In this document: one piece after another, positions 1-10,006 of the stretch
How the letters are laid out: the number at the start of each line of letters is the position of its first letter
Numbering within the stretch: position 1 is the stretch's first letter
Source: an uncultured Verrucomicrobiales bacterium
GTDB lineage: Bacteria; Verrucomicrobiota; Verrucomicrobiia; Limisphaerales; UBA1100
Assembly (NCBI GenBank): GCA_913041895.1
Contig: CAJWKQ010000001.1
Span: 1 to 49,547, forward strand
Direction of reading: 5' to 3'
Length of the DNA stretch: 49,547 bases
Translations under genes and position numbers: made by a program
The notes under the pieces: model-generated
What the model was told of the DNA's origin: nothing
The model's database searches: none
What the model saw: only the letters and a program-made list of their open reading frames with translations

Positions 1-257
1 GGCAGACGTCGCGGATTAATTAGGCCGCGAGAGCCAATTCTTCGTTGGCAGTTGTTTTTTTGGTAAGGATGATTTACGAGGCACCAAACCGCCCTCGGCA
101 TGCAACCCATGACGCGTCTACCCAGTCGAATCCGGAACGCCCCCTGATTGACATATCATTATCGTTCAAAAACAGCCTCTGGTCAAGGTTAGCACCCTTA
201 AATAAGGGCCTTTTGCTTGATTTTTGGCCTTTTTGAGCTGAAAACACCTTTCTCTTC

Positions 258-1976
258 ATGAGTAAGAAATCCAAGAAACAAAACAACTTACGCCCGCACT
301 CAGCCATCATGTTAGATGGTCCGGACCGAGCCCCCAGTCGAGCCATGCTTTACCCCACGGGTTTCAAGGCCGGTGATTTCAAAAAGCCCATCATCGGCAT
401 AGCCTCAACCTGGAGTAATGTCACCCCTTGCAACATGCATATTGACCTACTCGCGCAGGAATCCGAACGCGGTGCCAATAAGGCAGGTGGAAAGGCCATT
501 ATATTTAATACCATCACCATCTCTGATGGCATCTCCATGGGTACTGAAGGCATGAAATACTCTTTAGTAAGTCGTGAAGTAATTGCTGACTCCATAGAGA
601 CAGTCGTTGGTTGTGAGTGTATGGATGGGTTTGTGGCGATTGGGGGTTGTGATAAGAACATGCCCGCCTGTGTGATGGCTATGGCGCGCATGAACCGCCC
701 CAGTGTGTTTGTTTATGGCGGCACCATTCTGCCGGGTTGCATCACAGGAGATACCCGCAAGCTGGATATCGTCTCTGTCTTTGAAGCAGTGGGGGCTCAT
801 GCAAATGATAAACTCAATGACAAGAGCTTACAGCAGATAGAAAGTTGTGCCATTCCCGGACCGGGTTCCTGTGGCGGCATGTACACTGCCAACACCATGG
901 CCAGCGCCATTGAAGCAATGGGGATGAGTTTGCCCGGCAGCAGCGCACAGGCTGCAGTCGGTAATGCCAAAAAGAAAGATAGCCGGGAAGCCGGTGCAGC
1001 TGTCTTGAATTTACTGCAAAAAGGTATTCGGCCGCGCGATATCATGACCAAAAAGGCATTTGAAAATGCCATCACTGTAGTGATTGCACTGGGGGGATCG
1101 ACCAATGCAGTATTGCACTTACTAGCTATGGCCAGTGCTGCCAAGGTGAAGCTTTCCATCGATGACTTTACCCGCATAGGCAAAAAGGTCCCGGTCATCG
1201 CTGATCTCAAACCCAGTGGGAAATACTTGATGAGTGAACTCGTTGCCATTGGGGGGATACAACCCATGATGAAAACCCTCCTACGAGCAGGTCTTCTTCA
1301 CGGAGACTGTTTAACAGTGACCGGTAAAACGATGGCCCAAAATCTTGCCTCAGTAAAACCCTACCCCAAGGGGCAGAAAATTATTCAACCACTCAAAAAA
1401 CCAATCAAAAAAGACAGCCATCTGGTAGTGCTTTACGGAAATCTCGCACCTGAAGGTGCAGTGGCCAAGATTACAGGCAAAGAAGGCTTAAGCTTTACTG
1501 GTACTGCCCGCCCCTTTGATTCGGAGGAAAAGGCGATGAAAGCCATTCTAGCTGGCCGCATCAAAAAGGGTGATGTAATTGTCATTCGTTATGAAGGCCC
1601 CAAGGGCGGACCCGGTATGCGCGAGATGCTTGGCCCCACTGGAGCCATTATGGGAGCAGGCTTGGGTGATGATGTGGCTCTCATTACTGATGGCCGTTTC
1701 TCTGGTGGAACTCACGGCTTTGTGGTGGGTCACATTACCCCTGAAGCTTATAATGGAGGTCCCCTTGCAATGGTAAAGGACGGAGATAAAATTACGATTG
1801 ATGCCGAAAGCCGTCAGTTAAAGCTGGCCATCACCAAGGCTGAACTAAAGAGGCGAACCCATGCGTGGCGTAAGCCCAAACCCCGTTACACTGCCGGTGT
1901 ACTAGCCAAATATGCCCACCTCACCACCAGCGCTTCTGAAGGTGCGGTTACAGACGCAAATCTTGATTTACATTAA
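258..1976 (+). CDS. ilvD: dihydroxy-acid dehydratase
   Basis: 572-aa ORF that looks like IlvD/Edd along its whole length. Motifs: [59 protein letters not shown]. Confidence 0.95.
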   Translation: MSKKSKKQNNLRPHSAIMLDGPDRAPSRAMLYPTGFKAGDFKKPIIGIASTWSNVTPCNMHIDLLAQESERGANKAGGKAIIFNTITISDGISMGTEGMKYSLVSREVIADSIETVVGCECMDGFVAIGGCDKNMPACVMAMARMNRPSVFVYGGTILPGCITGDTRKLDIVSVFEAVGAHANDKLNDKSLQQIESCAIPGPGSCGGMYTANTMASAIEAMGMSLPGSSAQAAVGNAKKKDSREAGAAVLNLLQKGIRPRDIMTKKAFENAITVVIALGGSTNAVLHLLAMASAAKVKLSIDDFTRIGKKVPVIADLKPSGKYLMSELVAIGGIQPMMKTLLRAGLLHGDCLTVTGKTMAQNLASVKPYPKGQKIIQPLKKPIKKDSHLVVLYGNLAPEGAVAKITGKEGLSFTGTARPFDSEEKAMKAILAGRIKKGDVIVIRYEGPKGGPGMREMLGPTGAIMGAGLGDDVALITDGRFSGGTHGFVVGHITPEAYNGGPLAMVKDGDKITIDAESRQLKLAITKAELKRRTHAWRKPKPRYTAGVLAKYAHLTTSASEGAVTDANLDLH

Positions 1977-2002
1977 GACCCTAAAAGAAGTCTGGTCTAA
2001 CG

Positions 2003-3847
2003 ATGCCCGAAACAGAAACCAATAATAAATATAATGGAGTAAAAGGATGGCTGCTATTCCTTTGCATCATTTTGGTCTTTCTACTGCCAATCATAAAAGC
2101 AGGCACCACACTCTACACCTTAGCCATGGGGCACAACATTTCAAAGATGGCAACAGGACTGGAAGAAGTTGTTCAATTTTATAGTGAGGAAGCAGGTCCA
2201 CAAGGCTTTGAGACTGAAGAGGAATGGAAATCCATAATGACCTTAAAACCGATGGTCCCGGACCTAAAAAAGTGCATGAACGGATTTTCTTCATGGTTAG
2301 TACTTTTATTTGGGTCAAAATCGATCTGCACTCTCATGGGGTTCTGCTGCGGCATTCTCCTGTGGATGAAAAAGCCTTTCGGAGCGAAGCTATTAATAAT
2401 TTATCCGATTGCAATTTTACTGGGCGTTTTTGTGTGTTTTATCTCTTTAATCTACTGGAAGTCCAACCATCCAGTTTTATTCTCACTTCAGGAGCTTTCA
2501 GGAACATTGGGAGGCCCTGCCGGTGGAGGCACATTAATTGAAAGTGTGCTTACCTCCCCTAATCTGTTGGTCGTGGGCGTTTTATTTGTGGTGGTTGCAC
2601 CATCAGTTCTGTGGGCAAGTGTTGTTTTTATTTATTCGAGAAGATCAAAACGGATGCATGCAACCTACCCTGAGGCATACAAAACCAATGGACAAAATGA
2701 TGTTGCTCATGAAGCAAAGCAGATTGATGACGCATCAATAGAAAGCTCCCTCAAGACCAAAACAACCGCGAGCTCGGTTAAAGCCGACAATCACTCGACT
2801 CCAGTTGCAATTAGCTCCTTCAGGCCGATCGCAATTTTTGGTGGCGGCATCCTTGCGTTCATCCTCTTCTCCATCCTCTTCATTTTTGTCGCCGGGAAGG
2901 CAGGTGCTAATAAACGTGTCCTATTAAATGAACGGGTAAAAAACAATCAAATGGCATTGAATGAACAGATTGAAAATATCGAGAAAATGAGGAGCCTCAA
3001 GTTTACTACCCAAATGGTGAAGGAAGCCTACGAACTTTTTGCCGCCAAGATGAATGAAGACGAGGCAGCCAGTCTTTTGGCAGCCAGTCTTTTGAGAATA
3101 GCAAACTCACCTGAAGAATTGAAACGGGGAACCGAAAAGCTCAACCGTGATGTGGCTAGTGGGGCCGTGATAATCGAGGAAGCCTCGGCCAAAGCTCTCT
3201 TCAATTACATACTTCGGAGTAAACGAAAGGCCAACCGTAACAAGTGCGTGTATAATCTTGGATCCATTGGTAAAGGGCTAACTGGGTTTGCCATAGACAA
3301 TGATGACCGGCTGCCGTGGCAGCTCACCCCAGCACAACAGGCAATTCATAAGTTTGAAGGCAGTAATATTGGTATTAATTCTGCAGGCTCCATTGCCAAT
3401 ATCGGATCCATGCGCAATGAATTACAAACACCTAAGATACTACAATCCCCCTGTGACCCGGCCCGTGCAGAGGGCAACGAGCTTTTACAATCAAACTGGA
3501 GAAAGGCTACAGCAGAACAAGTTAATAAGGGCATGAGCTATGGATTTTGTGTTGGAGGTGATGCACAACGTCCCTCCACTGTTCTGGCCCTAACAGCTAA
3601 TATCCGAACCAGCGACCTCGCCACAGGTGACTGGACTGGAATCGATGAAACACCTGTTCCCTTCCAAGCATTCGGGGGCTTAAATATAGGCCAAGGACAG
3701 CTCGTGAATGCTGACGGTTCGGCCAAACAATCCACTAATGCGGATATCGGTCGTAATGGAGGAATCACCAAGGCTCACATAAACAGCCGAGGTGGTCATA
3801 GTAGGGGTAACTCGAAAACCGGTTTAATTTTGCCGCGTTGGAATTAG
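2003..3847 (+). CDS. polytopic membrane protein with a C-terminal DUF1559-like (pseudopilin H-X9-DG-type) globular domain
   Basis: 614-aa ORF with an ATG start 26 nt after ilvD. Several hydrophobic helices lie in the first ~215 aa, and one more TM segment follows (PIAIFGGGILAFILFSILFIFVAG). Next comes a helical stretch, then RSKRKANRNKCVYNLGSIGKGLTGFAIDNDDRLPW ... ILQSPCDP ... LVNADGSAKQ, which resembles the post-helix core of DUF1559 pseudopilin-like proteins. There is no G/FTLIE prepilin cleavage motif. Confidence 0.6.
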   Translation: MPETETNNKYNGVKGWLLFLCIILVFLLPIIKAGTTLYTLAMGHNISKMATGLEEVVQFYSEEAGPQGFETEEEWKSIMTLKPMVPDLKKCMNGFSSWLVLLFGSKSICTLMGFCCGILLWMKKPFGAKLLIIYPIAILLGVFVCFISLIYWKSNHPVLFSLQELSGTLGGPAGGGTLIESVLTSPNLLVVGVLFVVVAPSVLWASVVFIYSRRSKRMHATYPEAYKTNGQNDVAHEAKQIDDASIESSLKTKTTASSVKADNHSTPVAISSFRPIAIFGGGILAFILFSILFIFVAGKAGANKRVLLNERVKNNQMALNEQIENIEKMRSLKFTTQMVKEAYELFAAKMNEDEAASLLAASLLRIANSPEELKRGTEKLNRDVASGAVIIEEASAKALFNYILRSKRKANRNKCVYNLGSIGKGLTGFAIDNDDRLPWQLTPAQQAIHKFEGSNIGINSAGSIANIGSMRNELQTPKILQSPCDPARAEGNELLQSNWRKATAEQVNKGMSYGFCVGGDAQRPSTVLALTANIRTSDLATGDWTGIDETPVPFQAFGGLNIGQGQLVNADGSAKQSTNADIGRNGGITKAHINSRGGHSRGNSKTGLILPRWN

Positions 3848-3887
3848 CTTATACCTGAGAAACAGATTTATATACATTTCAATCATA

Positions 3888-4361
3888 ATGGATAAAAGAT
3901 CTGTTATTCTTAAAATCATTGAATCACTTCAGTCAGAACTGGAGACCTATATCCGCGCAGCAAAATCTTCCCATGCTGAAGCTACAGCCGATGAGAACCG
4001 TGCCGAAAACAAATACGATACACGCGGGCTGGAAGCCTCTTATCTTGCTGCCGGCCAAGCCAATAAGGCCTCTGAATTGGAATCCGCCATTACTGCCTTT
4101 AAAGATCTAATAAACCAAACCACCCACGATGCAATAGAGGTAGGTTCCCTAATCGAACTGGATCAGGAGGGTTTCACTGAATTTTATTTTATCGGCCCGA
4201 CTGCCGGCGGGACTGAGGTGGAAGTTGAAGGCACTGAGATTCTTGTTATCACCTCAGAATCTCCACTGGGAAGCCAGCTTATCAGCCTGAAACCAGGCCA
4301 AAAGAGCACTCTGGATTTAGCCGGCCGCAAACAGAAGGTCCAAGTTAAATCGCTTGTCTAA
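3888..4361 (+). CDS. GreA/GreB-family transcription elongation factor-like protein (short form)
   Basis: 157-aa ORF. The N-terminal coiled region contains ENRAENKYDTRGLEASYLAAGQA. The C-terminal part (VGSLIELD..FYFIGPTAGG..ILVITSESPLGSQLISLKPGQ) is typical of the GreA_GreB C-terminal domain family. Confidence 0.75.
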   Translation: MDKRSVILKIIESLQSELETYIRAAKSSHAEATADENRAENKYDTRGLEASYLAAGQANKASELESAITAFKDLINQTTHDAIEVGSLIELDQEGFTEFYFIGPTAGGTEVEVEGTEILVITSESPLGSQLISLKPGQKSTLDLAGRKQKVQVKSLV

Positions 4362-4458
4362 TCACCGTTTTCCAACCTATTGATTTTCAATCAGCAAGCC
4401 AACACACGAACAAAACAATCAGTGATATTAAAATACCCAGCGCTTTCAAATATTGCCT

Positions 4459-6441
4459 CTAAGCGGCAGCTGATTCACTGGAGCTACCGCTGGTAACATT
4501 TCTGGGAGTACCTTTTATTTGCGCAACAACTGACTCCACGGTCAGTCCGTATTTTTCACGTAATTCACCAACTGAAGAAGCGTGCTCTATAAATTGATCA
4601 GGCCAACCGATGCGAACCACTGGTGTGTGAATCTCTTTTGCAACCAGTAGTTCCGATACAAGACTACCATACCCACCTGCTAACACGTGATCTTCTAGGG
4701 TCACAATCGTGTCAGCAGTTTTTGCAAAATATTCTGTAGTAGCCTCGTCGATAGGCTTAGTGAAACGCGGATCAACCAGTGCACAATCAAAGTCCTCTCC
4801 CAACTCATTAGCAGCCGCCTCAGCCACGCTAAACATAGGCCCAAGCCCAAAGAACACCACTTTCCGTTTCCCGTTATCCGCAAAATTTTTAACCACCTCG
4901 GCTTGGCCGATCTCCAGCATATCCGGCTCCTCTTTGATTGCCACTCCTTCCGCTGCGCCACGCGGGTAGCGAATAAATACCGGGTGTGTCTGACGTGATG
5001 CTGTAAACATCATGTCGGCCAATTGATCTTCATTCCGTGGCGCCATTGCTATGATATTTGGAATGCACCGTAGGTAGGAGATATCAAAAAGCCCATGATG
5101 AGTCGGCCCGTCATTGGCTGATAAACCTGCACGGTCCATACAGAAAATCACCGGCAAATCTTGAAGAGCCACATCATGAATGATGCAATCATAGGCACGC
5201 TGCAGAAAAGTGGAATAGATAGCGACTACAGGCCGATAATCCATCGTTGCCATACCGGCTGCAAAAATCACTGCATGTTCCTCCGCAATTCCCACATCAA
5301 AATAACGGTCAGGCATTTCATCACGCAGACTTTTAAGCCCAGTTCCACTAGGCATGGCTGCAGTAATTCCCACCAGTCTATTGTCCCGATTACATAGCTT
5401 TACAATCTGTTCGCCAAATACGTCCTGCCAATTGGGAGCTGTTCCGGGCGTGGAGGAGGGGGTTTCCCCTGTCTTGGCATTATAAGGCCCCAACCCATGG
5501 AATTTTTCTGGTTGCTTGAGTGCCGCATTATAGCCCTTCCCTTTTTTAGTCAACACATGCAGAACTATCGGATGATCACAATTTTTCGCGTACTCTAGTG
5601 ACTTGATCATTAGAGGCAGATTATGACCATCCAACGGACCTATGTAACGTATTCCAAGTTCCTCGAAGAGAACGCTGCTTGCAGTTCCTCCTCGACCATC
5701 GGTAAGAACTGGCGGTTCATGGGCCAGAGAACTTTCGGCTACCTCAGCCTTTAAGGCCCCTTCAGCACGCGATCCAAGCCGCACGGCAAAATCACCTTTG
5801 GGTAATTTCTTTACCAAGTTTGCCAGATCATCATGAATCCGATTGTAGCCGGGATTGGTTATGATTTTATTGAGATACTTTGAAATAGCCCCGACATTTT
5901 TATCAATGCTCCACTCATTATCATTGAGAATTCCGATAAATTTGTTGGTCGTGTGTTCAATATTATTCAGGGCTTCGAAAGAAATTCCATTTGTCAGAGC
6001 AGCATCACCAAACACACAAACCACATCCTCATCCCCACCTTTCTGATCTCGTCCCGCACACATACCCAAAGCCGCAGAGAGAGCTGTCCCAGCATGCCCT
6101 GCCCCAAAGCTGTCATGCTCGCTTTCAGTACGCAGTGCAAACCCATTCAAGCCGCCGCTTTGCCGGATCTTGGAAAATTTTGCCTTTCGGCCAGTCAAAA
6201 GCTTGTGAACATAACATTGATGGCTCACATCCCATACAAACTTGTCCTTGGGGGTAGAGAAGACCTTATGCATCGCAATCGTTAATTCAACTACGCCCAG
6301 GTTCGGCCCCAAATGACCACCGGTCTTGGACAATGTAGAAATCAACTCTTCTCGCACCTCCTTGGCCAACTCTTCAAGTTGAGCTACAGTCAATTTCTTG
6401 ACATGCGCCGACTCACTTATCATTTCAAGATATGCACCCAT
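4459..6441 (-). CDS. dxs: 1-deoxy-D-xylulose-5-phosphate synthase
   Basis: 660-aa ORF with the transketolase-like layout. Motifs: GGHLGPNLGVVELT, GAGHAGTALSAALGM, FGDAALTNG, IAEEHAV. The start is ATG at 6441 or the in-frame ATG at 6423 (MISESAH). Confidence 0.95.
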   Translation of the reverse strand: MGAYLEMISESAHVKKLTVAQLEELAKEVREELISTLSKTGGHLGPNLGVVELTIAMHKVFSTPKDKFVWDVSHQCYVHKLLTGRKAKFSKIRQSGGLNGFALRTESEHDSFGAGHAGTALSAALGMCAGRDQKGGDEDVVCVFGDAALTNGISFEALNNIEHTTNKFIGILNDNEWSIDKNVGAISKYLNKIITNPGYNRIHDDLANLVKKLPKGDFAVRLGSRAEGALKAEVAESSLAHEPPVLTDGRGGTASSVLFEELGIRYIGPLDGHNLPLMIKSLEYAKNCDHPIVLHVLTKKGKGYNAALKQPEKFHGLGPYNAKTGETPSSTPGTAPNWQDVFGEQIVKLCNRDNRLVGITAAMPSGTGLKSLRDEMPDRYFDVGIAEEHAVIFAAGMATMDYRPVVAIYSTFLQRAYDCIIHDVALQDLPVIFCMDRAGLSANDGPTHHGLFDISYLRCIPNIIAMAPRNEDQLADMMFTASRQTHPVFIRYPRGAAEGVAIKEEPDMLEIGQAEVVKNFADNGKRKVVFFGLGPMFSVAEAAANELGEDFDCALVDPRFTKPIDEATTEYFAKTADTIVTLEDHVLAGGYGSLVSELLVAKEIHTPVVRIGWPDQFIEHASSVGELREKYGLTVESVVAQIKGTPRNVTSGSSSESAAA

Positions 6442-6446
6442 AGCCC

Positions 6447-6716
6447 TTAATTATCCTCTCCGTCCAAATCTGCCTGACGCGCCAATAAATCACCTTCAAT
6501 ACTACAATCAAGCTGTATAATTCGCTTTTCTGCCGATTGCAATTTCTCTCCGCAGATCTTGCAAAGTTTCGCTGCTTCTTCGTAATGAACAACAAGTTTG
6601 TCCAAAGGCAAATCATCAGATTCAATTGATTCCAATATAGACTCCAATTTCTCGGCTGCATCCTCATAAGACATTTCCTTGTCTTTCTTGGATGGTTTTT
6701 TGGCCCTTGCCGGCAT
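6447..6716 (-). CDS. xseB: exodeoxyribonuclease VII small subunit
   Basis: The ORF track begins at a TTG (6734). The ATG at 6716 gives MPARAKKPSKKDKEMSYEDAAEKLESILESIESDDLPLDKL..., which matches the XseB pattern (basic N-terminus, then the LE.IV..LE.GDLPL helix). The gene lies directly downstream of xseA. Confidence 0.85.
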   Translation of the reverse strand: MPARAKKPSKKDKEMSYEDAAEKLESILESIESDDLPLDKLVVHYEEAAKLCKICGEKLQSAEKRIIQLDCSIEGDLLARQADLDGEDN

Positions 6717-6762
6717 CGGCAAACAATACTTCAACTCCCTCCTCTGAGTCGAGTTTGAAGGG

Positions 6763-8145
6763 CTAATTTATAGTGCTTTCAATGTCTCCATCAGACATTT
6801 GAGTTATTATTATTTGCCCAGCATGAGTCTTTTTGACTGAACGCAATATCCTGCCGGTTTTTGCATCAGTGGTAATAGAATATCCACGTGAAACAATATT
6901 CTTCGGATCAAGTAAACGGAGCCTGTCATTCAACGCCTCTGTATCTTTCCTCAATTGCCCCATTCTCCCCTTTGTAATATCACAAATCTGTCGTTTTTGT
7001 TGCTCCAGCTCTTTCCTACGATCTTTCAATATTTTCGATGGTCGAACACGAACAAGGCGATCAGTAAGATTGCTCAATCGGACATCTTGCTGTTTGAAAA
7101 ATTCACGGCCCCCTCGAATTAGGTCGTCGTGCAATTCATCAACACGTTGCATCCTCTGCTGTAATTGCCGCCTTGGATGGCACCGAGCCGTACGCTCAAC
7201 ATTAGCTTCCACCTCCTTACTAATATAACGACAACGGCGTATTGCCACTCGTTTTAGTCGTTCGGCAATTGAGACCAGTTTCTCCTGAATCATGACTCCA
7301 CCTGATGTAATGATTTCTGCGGCTGCACTTGGAGTTGCCCCGCGAAAGTCAGCAACAAAATCACTAATTGTATAATCGATTTCATGACCTACTGCAGAGA
7401 CAACTGGAACAACCGAACTAAAAATGGAGCGGGCAAGAGACTCCTCGTTAAAAGCCCATAAATCCTCAATGGACCCGCCACCACGGGTAATCAAAATCAG
7501 ATCCAATGGCTCACTTCTTGCCCAACTGTTAAGCCATTCAATTCCCTTAATAATTTCTGCTTCTGCACCCTCTCCTTGAACTCGGCTATCCACGAGAACA
7601 ATTTCAAGGGTTGGTTGTCGCCTTTGGACTACATGCAATATATCCCGTAACGCTGCACCGCTTAATGAAGTAACAATTCCAATTCGCTCATTAACACTAG
7701 GCAACTTACGTTTTCGAGCCGCATCAAAAAGCCCTTCCTCATTTAAGCTAGTTTTGAGGCGTTCAAATTTCACCTGAAGCGCTCCAACTCCTTGCAGCTC
7801 CACTGCCTTTACATTTAATTGATATTGTCCGCGCGCCTCATAAACCGTCAGGTCTCCCTGCAATACCACTTTTTGGCCATCCTCAATCGTTTCCTTTTGA
7901 GGCACACGGGTGCCTCGAAAGAGCACACAACTTAACTGTGTGCTATCATCTTTGATTGAAAAATAAATATGCCCAGATGATTGACGCCGTAAATTGGTGA
8001 TTTCGCCTTCTACCCAAACCTGACCTAAACCCTCCTCTAATTGACGCTTAACCTTCTTGGTCAGCTCAGAAACACTGAATACTCGGCGAGTTTCCTCTTT
8101 TGGAAACAACTCACCAAAATCCCACTGGTTTTGGGGCTCAGCCAC
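6763..8145 (-). CDS. xseA: exodeoxyribonuclease VII large subunit
   Basis: 460-aa ORF with a GTG start. It has the N-terminal OB-fold (VWVEGEITNLRRQSSGHIYFSIKD), a catalytic core (IGIVTSLSGAALRDI, ITRGGGSIEDLWAFN) and a long C-terminal coiled coil. Confidence 0.93.
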   Translation of the reverse strand: MAEPQNQWDFGELFPKEETRRVFSVSELTKKVKRQLEEGLGQVWVEGEITNLRRQSSGHIYFSIKDDSTQLSCVLFRGTRVPQKETIEDGQKVVLQGDLTVYEARGQYQLNVKAVELQGVGALQVKFERLKTSLNEEGLFDAARKRKLPSVNERIGIVTSLSGAALRDILHVVQRRQPTLEIVLVDSRVQGEGAEAEIIKGIEWLNSWARSEPLDLILITRGGGSIEDLWAFNEESLARSIFSSVVPVVSAVGHEIDYTISDFVADFRGATPSAAAEIITSGGVMIQEKLVSIAERLKRVAIRRCRYISKEVEANVERTARCHPRRQLQQRMQRVDELHDDLIRGGREFFKQQDVRLSNLTDRLVRVRPSKILKDRRKELEQQKRQICDITKGRMGQLRKDTEALNDRLRLLDPKNIVSRGYSITTDAKTGRILRSVKKTHAGQIIITQMSDGDIESTIN

Positions 8146-8147
8146 AA

Positions 8148-9350
8148 CTAAAGATCTACCTTTTCAGCCACTTGTTGCACATCTTTATCTCCCCGGCCCG
8201 ATAAATTACAAATAATGATCTGATTCTGGGACATTTTTGGAGCACGGGCGATTACTTCAGCAACTGCATGTGATGATTCCAATGCAGGAATAATTCCCTC
8301 CAATTTAGACAATTTAAAAAAGGCTTCTAAAGCTTTTTCATCTGTCGCATAGGTGTAATCCACTCTTTCCTGATCGCGCAACCAAGCATGCTCCGGCCCA
8401 ACGGCCGCATAATCCAATCCAGCCGAAACACTATGGGTTAGCTGAATTTGCCCATCTTCATCCTGCAAAAGAAAAGATCGGGTCCCCTGCAGAACTCCCA
8501 AAGAGCCTCCCTGAAAACGTGCTGCGTGTTTTTCAGGAATAATACCCTCTCCGCCCGCCTCAACGCCCACCATTGAAACCGATTGATCTTCAAGAAATGG
8601 ATAAAAGAGACCTATTGCATTGGACCCTCCTCCCACACAAGCAGCCAGTAAGTCGGGTAATTGCTCTTCCTGTTTCATTATTTGCCGCCGAGCCTCATCT
8701 CCGATCACTCTATGAAAGTTACGCACCATTACTGGATAAGGATGGGCCCCATAAGCAGTACCGAGAATATAATGCGTACTTCGCACGTTAGTCACCCAAT
8801 CGCGCATGGCCTCATTAACCGCTTCCTTTAAGGTCTTCTGCCCGGCCTCCACCGGCACTACATCCGCTCCCAACATGCGCATCCGATAAACATTCAAACG
8901 TTGTCGTTCACAGTCATGCGCCCCCATGTAAACAACACATTCCAAGCCAAACATCGCCGCCACAGTAGCCGTTGCCACACCGTGCTGACCTGCACCGGTT
9001 TCAGCAATAATCCGGGTTTTCCCCATACGTTTGGCCAGCAAGATTTGGCCCATGGCGTTATTGATTTTATGGGCGCCAGTATGCAGAAGGTCCTCACGTT
9101 TGAGGTAAATTTTTGCGCCGCCCAAGTCTTCAGTCAGGCGTTGTGCAAAATAGAGCGGAGTCGGGCGCCCGCAAAATTCGCGAAGATAATAATCCAGTTC
9201 CTTCTGAAATTCAGGATCCTGTTGAGCCTTAAAGTATTCATCCTCCAACTGCTGAAGCGGATAAACCAGAGTTTCAGGCACATAACGTCCCCCATAGGGC
9301 CCAAACCGACCTGCCGCATCGGGAACCTGCTCACTGGCAATGCTGCTCAT
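8148..9350 (-). CDS. trpB: tryptophan synthase beta chain
   Basis: It carries the PLP-lysine motif [15 protein letters not shown] plus GGGSNAIG and [15 protein letters not shown]. The ORF track starts at a TTG (9386). I prefer the ATG at 9350 (MSSIASEQ), 32 nt after the trpF stop. Confidence 0.93.
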   Translation of the reverse strand: MSSIASEQVPDAAGRFGPYGGRYVPETLVYPLQQLEDEYFKAQQDPEFQKELDYYLREFCGRPTPLYFAQRLTEDLGGAKIYLKREDLLHTGAHKINNAMGQILLAKRMGKTRIIAETGAGQHGVATATVAAMFGLECVVYMGAHDCERQRLNVYRMRMLGADVVPVEAGQKTLKEAVNEAMRDWVTNVRSTHYILGTAYGAHPYPVMVRNFHRVIGDEARRQIMKQEEQLPDLLAACVGGGSNAIGLFYPFLEDQSVSMVGVEAGGEGIIPEKHAARFQGGSLGVLQGTRSFLLQDEDGQIQLTHSVSAGLDYAAVGPEHAWLRDQERVDYTYATDEKALEAFFKLSKLEGIIPALESSHAVAEVIARAPKMSQNQIIICNLSGRGDKDVQQVAEKVDL

Positions 9351-9382
9351 TGGCCTCAAGCTACCACGACGAGCCCAAACCC

Positions 9383-10006
9383 TCAAGCCAGTGCACTTTT
9401 TGCTGACTCTACAAATGCCTGCATTTTTACAGGATCCTTTTTGCCAGGCTCACACTCCACGCCGCTGGAAACATCCACCGCGAAAGGTTGCACTTTTTGC
9501 ACGGCTTCAGATACATTATCAGGCGTTAATCCCCCAGCAAGAAACACTGGCTTGCCCAGCTCATTTGCTTGCACGGCTAAATCCCAATTAAAAGCTTCAC
9601 CGGTCCCCCCCCTTGCCACCTTCGAATAAGCATCCAGCAAAAACCCCGCAGTTGAATACGCTTTCATCTGCTCTAGAGTTTCTACCCCCTTCACACGAAA
9701 TGCCTTGAGGGTCATTACCGGAAAACGGATACAATCTTCAGGCGTTTCATCACCATGAAACTGCAGAATGTTTAATAGGCATTCGTTAAGCGCCCGATTA
9801 ATGAAGGACTCTTCAGCATTTACAAACACACCTACCCGCATGATATGAGGAGGGAGCGCACTGGATATTTTTTTTGCCTGCTCAAGGGTGATATACCGTG
9901 GGCTCTCTTCAAAAAACATCAGGCCGATAGCGTCAACTCCTGCTGCTGCTGCTGCAAGCCCATCAGCTTCACTGGTAATACCACAAACTTTGACCGTAAC
10001 ACTCAC
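9383..10006 (-). CDS. trpF: phosphoribosylanthranilate isomerase
   Basis: 207-aa ORF with a GTG start. VKVCGITS at the N-terminus, [11 protein letters not shown] and AVDVSSGVE are typical of TrpF. Confidence 0.88.
   Translation of the reverse strand: MSVTVKVCGITSEADGLAAAAAGVDAIGLMFFEESPRYITLEQAKKISSALPPHIMRVGVFVNAEESFINRALNECLLNILQFHGDETPEDCIRFPVMTLKAFRVKGVETLEQMKAYSTAGFLLDAYSKVARGGTGEAFNWDLAVQANELGKPVFLAGGLTPDNVSEAVQKVQPFAVDVSSGVECEPGKKDPVKMQAFVESAKSALA

Noticed and set aside
1-257. Possible RNA gene, riboswitch or terminator upstream of ilvD (small GCCAA-N7-TTGGC hairpin at 33-49 followed by a T-run at 54-61)
   Set aside because: The stem is only 5 bp and is separated from the T-run by several nt. 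I could not match the region to tmRNA, SRP, RNase P, 6S or T-box consensus features by eye. It may be a weak terminator for a gene left of the window, but the support is insufficient.
8901-9629. 242-aa plus-strand ORF antisense to trpB/trpF
   Set aside because: It lies entirely inside two well-supported minus-strand genes. The translation is low-complexity (rich in Ser, Pro, Thr, Phe and Cys) with no recognisable motif, which is typical of a shadow ORF.
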